From positions 1-64,000 of the IMG/VR virus record IMGVR_UViG_3300035703_000006: a stretch of 64,000 nt of DNA; one strand, given 5' to 3'. A model generated the notes under the pieces. The model was given only the letters and a program-made list of their open reading frames with translations. It was not told the DNA's origin and ran no database searches. Shown here one piece after another: positions 13,151 to 23,200 of this stretch. Positions within the stretch are counted from its first letter, which is position 1. Every line of letters starts with the position of its first letter. The translations under genes were made by a program, and so were the position numbers.

Positions 13151-13572
13151 ATCGTGAAGATGTTAAAAAACTGATTTATGAGCAACAAACCAAACTGGCA
13201 CCAAGTCAAATACCTGGTGCAGGTGTTGGTGTCTTTGCATTGATTGATATTCCTAAAGATACTTTAATCAAAGGATGCAAAGCATTTAGCGATTTTGTCA
13301 GAAAAGAAGATGAATATGTTTTTGACTGGAATGAATTTGAGGATTTAGATGATAGAATTAAAACATATCTTTGGGGAATGACAGATGGACACGATAGTAA
13401 ATTTTATATTGATGCTCCTCCCTTTATGTTTTATCAAGGATATTACATCAATCATTCAAATACACCGAACTGTTTTTGGGACAGACGAACTTCAAACATC
13501 TATACTCAAATTGATATTAAACCTGGTGAAGAACTGACAATGTATTACATGCCCTCTGAGAGAGATTTCTAA
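13147..13572 (+). CDS. SET-domain protein-lysine methyltransferase-like protein
   Basis: GAGVGVFALIDIPKDT, YINHSNTPNC, IKPGEELTMYY = SET motifs (GxG, NHS, ELxxxY). Confidence 0.85.
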   Translation: MNREDVKKLIYEQQTKLAPSQIPGAGVGVFALIDIPKDTLIKGCKAFSDFVRKEDEYVFDWNEFEDLDDRIKTYLWGMTDGHDSKFYIDAPPFMFYQGYYINHSNTPNCFWDRRTSNIYTQIDIKPGEELTMYYMPSERDF

Positions 13573-14228
13573 TGAGTCAATTAATCACTAATCTTCCACC
13601 TCAAAAAGTTTGGGTACGTAAAGAATATTTACGAGACTTGCAGGATGGGCATGGTGAATTTGTAGAAGGCGTTTGGGTAACGGCCAAGTCTTTACCCGGA
13701 CGCTCTTTTTATTTTGAAACCTACTTACCAGAATATGGAGCATTATATGATAAATTACCTATTTCTGCATTTGTTTCATCTCCAAAAACTCCAGAACCTG
13801 ATTTAGATCTCACAAATCTTCAATTTTGGGATTGTATGAGTTATGGTGTGGTGTGTGTAAGCAAAAAACACATTGGAGAACTTCATTTTGAGGTTAGAAC
13901 TAGAAACTATGGATCACTCAAAGGAGAATATCTGTTTAGTTTAGACAACTATCATCCATATAATGATAAAATTGATTGTGGAACAAGTGAACTACCCGAA
14001 GAACATAAATCACACAATTGCATTTTACTCGAAAATGGGCAATTTGGACTTTATCCTAACAACAGAATGAGACTTTATAGTCCATCAAGAACTCCAGATG
14101 AGGTTAAAACACCAGATTTTAAAATTTCAACAAAATTTTATAGAACTGAAATTGATATTAAGTGGGGTAGACTAGGAGATACGGACGAATATTTTTGGGA
14201 AACTTCTGAAGAAAAGAAAAATAAATAA
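13572..14228 (+). CDS. Conserved cyanomyovirus hypothetical protein
   Basis: 218-aa coupled ORF; NLPP.KVWVRKEYL. Confidence 0.8.
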   Translation: MSQLITNLPPQKVWVRKEYLRDLQDGHGEFVEGVWVTAKSLPGRSFYFETYLPEYGALYDKLPISAFVSSPKTPEPDLDLTNLQFWDCMSYGVVCVSKKHIGELHFEVRTRNYGSLKGEYLFSLDNYHPYNDKIDCGTSELPEEHKSHNCILLENGQFGLYPNNRMRLYSPSRTPDEVKTPDFKISTKFYRTEIDIKWGRLGDTDEYFWETSEEKKNK

Positions 14229-14262
14229 ATTTTTGCGGAAAATTGAATTGGAAAAGTTCTCA

Positions 14263-14589
14263 ATGGGGAAACACCTCCTTCTGGAGGTGTATGATGTCAA
14301 TTTTAACCTTTTAAATGACGTATATTCTCTTCAAAACGTCATGATTAAGGGCATTGAACGTGCAAAAATGACCATTTTGAACACTTTTTCCCATTGTTTT
14401 CTTCCTCAAGGGTGTACAATCGTCATTGCACTTGCAGAAAGTCATGTTTCTTGTCATACTTGGCCAGAAAATGGGTGTATTGCGATTGATATTTACACTT
14501 GTGGTGATGGAAATCCTAAAATCATTGCAATTGAACTTCTAAAATACTTAAATTCGGAAGAATACAGCATTAGAGAAGTAAATCGTTAA
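14263..14589 (+). CDS. speD: S-adenosylmethionine decarboxylase proenzyme (pyruvoyl-dependent, class 1B)
   Basis: GKHLLLEVY, LAESHVSCHTWPE (E-S cleavage site), DIYTCG. Confidence 0.85.
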   Translation: MGKHLLLEVYDVNFNLLNDVYSLQNVMIKGIERAKMTILNTFSHCFLPQGCTIVIALAESHVSCHTWPENGCIAIDIYTCGDGNPKIIAIELLKYLNSEEYSIREVNR

Positions 14590-14650
14590 ATAATAGTAGA
14601 GATAGCAACCTCTTTAAAAGTTCCAGTTTTACTAAAAACAGGAGTTGCAA

Positions 14651-14893
14651 ATGTCTTTTTATCAAATTGACAGAAATAAAGATTATATGAAAGAAATGTG
14701 GGGAACTACAAGCCTTATTACTGATTATAAACAACAAAATACTACAAAAAAGGTTCTTCAGGAAATTATGCACGATCAAGCACCGAAGCATGATTTCAAA
14801 AAGCAAACCGAATTGCACGAAAAAATTCGTAATGATGAAGATTATGATGATTGGAGTTATGGAACTGAACCAGTCTACGGAAAAGTTATCTGA
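14651..14893 (+). CDS. Conserved hypothetical protein
   Basis: ATG 14651; MKEMWGT..LITDY. Confidence 0.7.
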   Translation: MSFYQIDRNKDYMKEMWGTTSLITDYKQQNTTKKVLQEIMHDQAPKHDFKKQTELHEKIRNDEDYDDWSYGTEPVYGKVI

Positions 14894-14930
14894 AAAGTAT
14901 TATAGATATATAAAAGACAATTAATCTTAG

Positions 14931-15332
14931 ATGCCAATTAGCATTTCAAGATCTTTTAAAGACATTAGTTTGTCTTTTTCACGTCATCCAGTTACGAATG
15001 ATATTTTAATTTTAAACAATGAGGATGCAATCAAAAGATCTGTTCTTAATTTAGTTCAAACTCAACTTGGTGAGAGGTTCTTCAATGATTTATTGGGAAC
15101 CTCTGTGAATTCTTCTTTATTTGAGCTTGCTACAGAGGAGATAGAAATTATTTTAAACAGAGAAATTGAAACAGTTTTAAGTAATTTTGAACCAAGAATT
15201 AGATTAAATAATATTGAGGTAGAATTGGTTGATGATTATAATGAACTCAATGTAAAAATTGTATATGATATTGTTGGACTACCACTTCCCACACAAAATA
15301 TAGAGTTTATTCTACAAGGAACTAGAGTATAA
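14931..15332 (+). CDS. gp25: Baseplate wedge subunit gp25
   Basis: FKDISLSF, AIKRSVLNL, GERFF, NFEPR; upstream of gp6. Confidence 0.9.
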   Translation: MPISISRSFKDISLSFSRHPVTNDILILNNEDAIKRSVLNLVQTQLGERFFNDLLGTSVNSSLFELATEEIEIILNREIETVLSNFEPRIRLNNIEVELVDDYNELNVKIVYDIVGLPLPTQNIEFILQGTRV

Positions 15333-17224
15333 TGTCCTTCAATAATTTTACAAATTTAGATTTCAATGATTTAAGAACTCAAATTAAAAATTATTTGAGA
15401 GCAAATGCAAAATTTACGGATTTTGATTTTGAAGGATCAAATTTTTCTGTACTTATTGATCTTTTAGCATATAATTCTTACATAACAGCATTTAACACCA
15501 ATATGGTGGTAAATGAGTCCTTTATTGATAGTGCAACTCTTCGTGAGAATGTTGTTTCTCTTGCACGTAATATTGGTTATGTACCAAGATCAAAAAGAGC
15601 ATCAAGAGCAAAAGTAAGTTTCAGTGTAAGTACACCTAGAGATGCTAATGGGAATTTAATTTCAAAAACAGTAACACTTAAAGCAGGTGTGGTTGCTTTA
15701 GGTGCTGTAGAAAATGGAAATTATATTTTTTCAATCCCAGAAGATAAGACAGTTGTTATTGATAATGATGGATTTGCAAACTTTACAGATATTGACATAT
15801 TTGAAGGTACATTTTTAACAAAATCATTTACAATAAATGATTCACAATTGAATCAAAAATTTTTAATTCCAAATGCAAGTGTAGATACTTCAACAATTCG
15901 TGTTAAAGTCACAAATGTTGTGAATGAAAAATATGAATTATATAATAATATATTCAAAGTAGATAAAAACTCAAAATTATTTTTAGTTCAAGAAGTTAGT
16001 GATGAAAAATATGAAATTTTATTTGGTGATAATATATTAGGAAAAAGACCACCAAGTGGAAGTACAATTTTAGTTTCTTATATTGTAACAAATGGCAGAG
16101 AAGGTGATGGATGTACTAATTTTACTTTTTCTGGCATTTTAATTGATAATAATCAAACAGAAATCACCAATAATATTTCCCTAATTACCACAACTCAAGT
16201 ATCAGAAAATGGAGATGATATAGAATCAATTGATTCTATTAAATATCTTGGACCAAGAGTGTATGCTTCTCAATATCGTGCAGTAACTGCAAATGACTAT
16301 AGAGCAATTATTCCGATGGTCTTTCCCAATGTAGATACAGTTTCTGCTTATGGTGGTGAAGAGTTAGACCCTCCACAATATGGAAAAGTTTTTATTTCTA
16401 TAAAACCAAGAAATGGTAAGTTTTTATCTCAAATTTCTAAAAATGAAATTAAAAGAGAATTGAAACAATATTCTATTGCAGGAATACAACCAGAAATTAT
16501 TGATTTGAAGTATTTGTATGTTGAAGTAGAAACTTCAGTTTATTATGATAAAAGTTCAACAACAAGTGTTGTTAATTTGCAATCTAGAGTTTTAAATACA
16601 TTAAAAAACTATGCAAAATCATCAGAATTAAATAGTTTTGGTGGAAGATTTAAATTTAGTAAAGTTTCTACATTAATTGACAATACAAGTACTTCCATCA
16701 CATCAAACATCACTAAAATAAAAATAAGAAGAGATTTGCAACCAGAATTGAATAAACTTGCAAATTATGAAATATGTTTTGGAAATCAATTTCACGTACA
16801 AAAATTGATAGATGGAAAAGGATATAATATAAAATCCACAGGATTTACAATTAAAGATATATCAGATACATTATATCTTAGTGATATTCCAAAAACAGAT
16901 GATGCAGGAAATATATTCTTTTTTAAGATAGTTGATAATTCTCCAATTGTAGTTTTAAATAATGCCGGAGTTGTTGATTATAAAAAAGGAGAAATAAAGT
17001 TAAATCCTGTGATCATCACCTCTTCAACTAATACTAATGGAATTGAAATTCAAGCAATTCCAGAATCAAATGATGTCATATCTTTGAAAGATATATACTT
17101 AGAGTTGGATACAACTACACTTAAAGTTAATATGCTAGAGGATGTAATTACTTCCGGAGAAAATACATCTGCAACAGAGTATCCAGTAACATCTAGTTAT
17201 AATAACGGGAATTATATAAGATAA
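15332..17224 (+). CDS. gp6: Baseplate wedge subunit gp6
   Basis: FTDFDFEGSNFSVLIDLLAYN, ESFIDSATLRENVVSLARNIGY, RAVTANDY. Confidence 0.92.
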   Translation: MSFNNFTNLDFNDLRTQIKNYLRANAKFTDFDFEGSNFSVLIDLLAYNSYITAFNTNMVVNESFIDSATLRENVVSLARNIGYVPRSKRASRAKVSFSVSTPRDANGNLISKTVTLKAGVVALGAVENGNYIFSIPEDKTVVIDNDGFANFTDIDIFEGTFLTKSFTINDSQLNQKFLIPNASVDTSTIRVKVTNVVNEKYELYNNIFKVDKNSKLFLVQEVSDEKYEILFGDNILGKRPPSGSTILVSYIVTNGREGDGCTNFTFSGILIDNNQTEITNNISLITTTQVSENGDDIESIDSIKYLGPRVYASQYRAVTANDYRAIIPMVFPNVDTVSAYGGEELDPPQYGKVFISIKPRNGKFLSQISKNEIKRELKQYSIAGIQPEIIDLKYLYVEVETSVYYDKSSTTSVVNLQSRVLNTLKNYAKSSELNSFGGRFKFSKVSTLIDNTSTSITSNITKIKIRRDLQPELNKLANYEICFGNQFHVQKLIDGKGYNIKSTGFTIKDISDTLYLSDIPKTDDAGNIFFFKIVDNSPIVVLNNAGVVDYKKGEIKLNPVIITSSTNTNGIEIQAIPESNDVISLKDIYLELDTTTLKVNMLEDVITSGENTSATEYPVTSSYNNGNYIR

Positions 17225-17225
17225 A

Positions 17226-20200
17226 ATGTCAGAAATTAAAAGAGTAAAAATACAATCTTTCATTGAATCTCAGATTCCAGAGTTTCTAAATTCTGAATCT
17301 CCGTTATTTAAAGAATTTTTAGAGCAATATTATATTTCTCAAGAACATCAAACAGGTGTTGTTGACTTATCAGCAAATTTACAAAAATATAAAAGTATTG
17401 ACAATTTCAATACTGAAACTTTTTATAGTTTAGTTGGAATTTGTACTTTGACTTCTGACTTGGCATCTTTTGAAGATACTTTATATGTCAATCATACAAT
17501 AGGATTTCCTCAACAATATGGTCTTTTGAAAATTGATGATGAAATAATTACTTACACGGGAATTACAACTAACTCTTTTACTGGATGCATTCGTGGTTTT
17601 TGTGGATTAGAAAAAAATGAAGTAAATGATTCATTCAAATTTTCATCGACAGATTCCTCAGATCATATTAAAGGTTCTCAAGTAACTAATTTAAATATTT
17701 TATTTTTCCAAGAATTATTTAAAAAATTTAAAACCCAATTTTTGCCTGGGTTTGAAGATAGAGAATTTACTAGTGGTGTAAATTTACAAACTATTTTATC
17801 AAGAGCAAAGGATTTTTATATCACTAAAGGAACTGACACTTCATTTAAGATACTTTTTAGTATTTTATTTAATGAATCTATATCTGTCATTAAACCTCAA
17901 GATTATGTAATCTCATCGTCATCTAATGAATATTTGATAACAAAAAATATCTTAGTTGAGCAAATTGCTAGAGATGCAAATCTTAAAGTTTCAGATTCTG
18001 TTTTAAGAAAAGAATTAAAAGGAAAAACAATATTCCAAACTACTTCAGACAATAAAACTGCAAGTGCTTCAATTTACAATGTTGAATATAGACCTGTAAA
18101 TACTGGTGACTTTATATACAATTCGATTGGTGCTGGACAAACAACACAAAAGAATTATACAATAAAAGATTTTTATGAAATCTCATTAGATAGTACATCT
18201 TTGATATTAGATTTTAAATCTACTAAGAAAACAAAGGTTTTAGAATATACACTTAAAAATTCAAAATCAATTTTAGTTGATTCTACAATTGGATTTAAGC
18301 AGTCTGGAACTTTACTGATTAAACCGAAAAATCTTTCAAATCCGATTGTTCTATCCTATACTGATAAAACAATCAATGAATTTTTAAATGTAACAGGATT
18401 GACAATAGATTTAGATTATGGGGCAGAAATAATTGAAGAAGAATTTTTATACTCATATTTGAATGATGGGACAAAAGTTGAATTTAGACTAATAAACATT
18501 ATTGATAGTATTGATTATGGAAAAACATCAAATTTAAGAGTCGATGACAAAATAAACCTATCTTCATTTGGAATTGATTTAAATGATAGACTTGAATTTA
18601 ATCAATGGATTTATAATATCCCAACTACACATAACATAAAATCAGTCGAAGACAATACAATATATTTGTACGAAAACATTAATTTGTCAATTGGAGATAA
18701 AGTAATATTATCCAATCCAAATTTAATTGATGTAGAAAGTGTTGAAGTAGAAGTTGAAAATTTTGGATTTAATAATTATGGATATTTTGTTAACGTAAAG
18801 AGTTTTGGTCAAATCTTGAATGACAAGACTCAGTTAAAGAAAACAATCAATAAAGCATTTAGCAATCAAAATTATTTTCCAAATATTTCTGTTTTTTCTA
18901 CTGGAATTCAAAATAGCTATATTGATTATAATAATGAAAATTTTTATGTAGCATCTTCAGGATTGCCAAATTATGATATTTACGCAACAGATAGAAAAGT
19001 TTTCCCCTCTGCTGGAGTTGGAGTTTCTATATTAAATTGCCAAGATCATAATTTTTTTACAGGTGAAAAAATATACTATATTCCAAAGTCTGGTAATGTT
19101 GGTATAAAAACTTCTGCATATTTTGTAACAAAATTAAATAAAGACCAAATTAAACTTTCGTATAGTAATTCTGATGTATTTTCTAAAAATTATGTTTTTA
19201 CCAATGCTAACATCAATGGCGATTGCATTGTAAAATTTGATTTTCAAAATAAAACATTAGAAGACCAAAAACTTTTTAAAAAATTTAATTTAACAAAAAA
19301 ATTAAATAAATTTTTTACTAAAGACGACAGGAGTACAATTGATAGAGCAACAGGAATTTTAATTAATGGGGTTGAAGTGTTTTCCCCAACTCTTTATGAT
19401 GAAAACATTTATTATGGGAAATTGGATTCAGTAAAAATTGAATCTGAAGGAAAGGGATATGATGTTATTAATTTCTCTGGGTTGGAAGTCACTGATATTA
19501 ATGGTTCTAATGCAGATTTAAAAGCACATTTGATTGGTAGTTTAAGTGAAGTAAAAATATTAAGACCAGGAATTGGATATTCAAGAAAACCAAAAATTAC
19601 TTTATCTGGGGGAAATGGTTCTGGTGCAGTTTTAGAGTCAAATCTAGTAAAAACTAACATTATATCAAATTTTAAGGGAAGCACTGCTGTCAGCATTGGT
19701 TTTACTACAATTGATTTCCTAAATGGACACAATTTTGATGACGGTGAAGAAGTCTCATACATTAATAATTCAAATGGAAGTGTAAATCCACTTGTAAATA
19801 ATTCAAATTATTTTGTTGGAATAGTAAGTTCAACTCAATTAAAATTATATAAAACAAAAGAAAAAGCATTAGGAAAAACTGATCCAATTGTTTTTACTGG
19901 AATTGGATCAGGAACTCATTCTTTAAAAACATTAAATTCAAAAAATACAATTACAAAAATTTATGTAAAAAATCGTGGAGAAGGATATTCAAATAGAAAT
20001 ATTAGTGTTTTAAGTCAAATTTCGGTAAACAATCAAGAAAATGGCATAAACACTTTTGATCATTACATTTTTGCGAAAAATCATAATTTTAAAGATGAGG
20101 ATATTGTTCAGTATCAAAACAATAATACACCAATATCTGGTCTATCAACTCAGACAAATTATTATGTTAAAGTTGTAGATGAAAATAAATTTAAATTGTC

Positions 20201-23200
20201 AGTTCAAGGTCCTTCTGGAAGTGAGAAGGATAATTATAATAATAAAAAATATGTTAAATTTAATTCAATAGGTTCAGGGATTCATACATTTTCTTACCCA
20301 CCAATTCAAATAAATGTTGAATATGTTTCTGGAATTTCAACTACTCCATCACTGGAACCAATAGTTCTTGGTTCAGTTGAAAATGTATTTATAAGTAATG
20401 AAGGAAGAAATTATGGTTCTTCTAATATTTTGAATTATCATAGAAGACCATACGTTGGACTTTCTTCAATTTCAGAGTGCGTATTAAAACCAGTAATATT
20501 AAATGGTTCTATTATTGATGTTCAAGTATTAAATTTTGGTAAAGGATATAAAAAAGACATTGATATAAAGATATTCGGTAAAGGAAAATACGCAGAAGTT
20601 TACCCAATTGTTGAAGATGGAAAAATAAAAAGCATAAATGTTTTAAATCCCGGAATAGGGTATGATGAAAAAACCACTTTATTTGTACAAAGAAGAGGAA
20701 GTGGTGCAAAATTTACAGCAAATGTTTTTGAATGGAAAATTAATCAGGTTGAAAAAAATAAAAATATAATTTCATCAGATGATGAAGGATTGATTGCTCC
20801 AAGTAAAAATAATAATTTAACATTAGAATTTATACATTTTTATCCTACAAAAAAATTAAGATATAAAGTAAATAACTTTATAGACAAAGATGGAAATGAA
20901 GTTGTTCCCGACAATAATCAAAACCCATATAAAATTTTAGGTTGGGCATATGATGGAAATCCAATCTTTGGTCCTTACGGAAAAATTAATGGTGAATCTA
21001 AACTATTAAAATCTAGTTATGAATTAAAGAATTTCGGAGAAATTGAAGTTTCAATTGCCAATCAATTGAGACCGGATTTTCCTTCTGGATTTTTTGTTCA
21101 AGATTATTCTTACACTGAAGGTAATGGTGATTTGGATGAATATAATGGAATGTTTATTGATGACAAGAACTTACCAAACATAAACTATGGTTACTTCGCA
21201 ACATTGTCTGAGGACGTAAAAGAACCACAATACCCTTACATATTGCCATTATTATTTAAAGATTCCCCAATAAAAGAAAATTTTAATCCACAATTTAATC
21301 AAAAGATTGATTTTGAAGAACTTAATATTGTTAGGAATGTTGGTCCATACTATCTAAATTCAGATAATTCTACATATGAATTAATTGATAAAGTTGACCA
21401 GAAATACAAGCAAGAATTTATAGTTAATGACATAAAATTATCTGGTATTGATTCAGTTTCTATTTTTAATTCTGGTGATGGATATAAAGTTGGAGATTTA
21501 CTAAAATTTGATAGCCAATCTTCTAGTGGCAATTCAGTTTCTGCTTCAATTTCACGAATAGAAGGAAAATCAGTATCAAATGTTCAGGTTGGTATTTCAA
21601 CTTTTACTGATGTCAATTTTATAACTAAAGGAATTTCAGTTAAGGGGATCACATCTCAACCTCATAATTTGGTAAGTGATGATGAAATTATTATCTCAAA
21701 TATATCATCTAGTGATTTTGATTATCTGAAAGGAACTAAGAAAATTTATGTTTTCCAAAAAACTACTGGTTTAGTTGAAGATCTGCAAAACCAATCAGCA
21801 ACTGGAGTTACAACATATATTAAAGTAAATGATGTAACAGGATTCGAAGTTGACAACTTTATAGGAATAGGAACGGAAACTTTAAAGGTAATTGATGTTT
21901 CTTCATCAGAATCAAAATTATATGTTAATAGATTTGATAATTATTCTGGAATACATAGTGTCGGATTGGTAAGTGTATCTTTACTGCCAAATTCATTCAC
22001 ATTTTCTTCCGATTTTTATGACGACTCAATATTAGAAAATAAAACTACTTATTTTAATCCAACCAATACCATTGGAATTGGAACTACTGGTTCAGTTTAT
22101 TATAATTTAGTTGGATTCTTAACTTCTTTAATTGGTACACTAGATGCTTCTAGTCCAAATGTAGTTGGATTAAATACAGCAATTCTGAAAATTGGTGATT
22201 ATTTAGAAGGAAGTAATAATATTCAAAATAACACTATCATAACATCAATAGGAATTGGTACAATTGGAATATCCCAAAATCACACTCTTGGTGGTGGCAT
22301 ATCTACAAGTTTATTGAGATTTTCAAGAAATGTATATGATAAAACAATACCAAGTCGTTCAATTTATATACCAAGTCACAAATATTATACAGGACAACCA
22401 ATTACGTATAATGTCGGATTGGGTGGAAATGGTATCATTGTATCTGAAACTGGAGCAGGAACAACATTTAGATTAACAAATAATCAAACAATATATGCAG
22501 TCAATTTAGGTAAAGATTATGTTGGTTTATCGACTTTAGGATTTACAACCAATACTGGAATTGGAACTACTCAAAATTCATTATATTTCTTTAACCCTGT
22601 CAGTAATGTTGGACTATCACATTCACTAACAACTCAATTTGAAAAAATTAAAGGAGTAGTTAACAATTATTCTGTAGTCGTATCAACATCTCAAACACAC
22701 GGATTGCAAACTGGTGATAACATTAATTTTAATTTTTATCAAAGTAACACAAAAACGATAAAAATTAGATACGATAGTGCAATTAGAAAAATAACCACTG
22801 AACTTATTGATTTTAATCCAATTTCCGGAATAAACACATTAACAAATGAAATTGAAATACCTGGAAATAATTTAAAAACAGGAGATAAAGTTGTATATTA
22901 TACTGAAGGACAAACTTCCGTTGGTGGATTGTCCACAAATTCTGTATATTATGTACTAAAACAAGATTTGAATAAAATTAAATTGTGCAATTATCAGTAT
23001 GATACTAATGTTGGTGTTGCAATCACTTTAACTTCTGTTGGGGCAGGTTCTTCTCATAGTTTTGCACTAATTAATCCACCAATTAATATTTTGAAAGGAA
23101 ATATATTATCTTTCGATTTAAGTGATAGTAGCCTTTTAAATATGGACTTGAAATTATATAAAGATTCTAATTTCACTCAAGAACTTGAGACATTTAAGTA

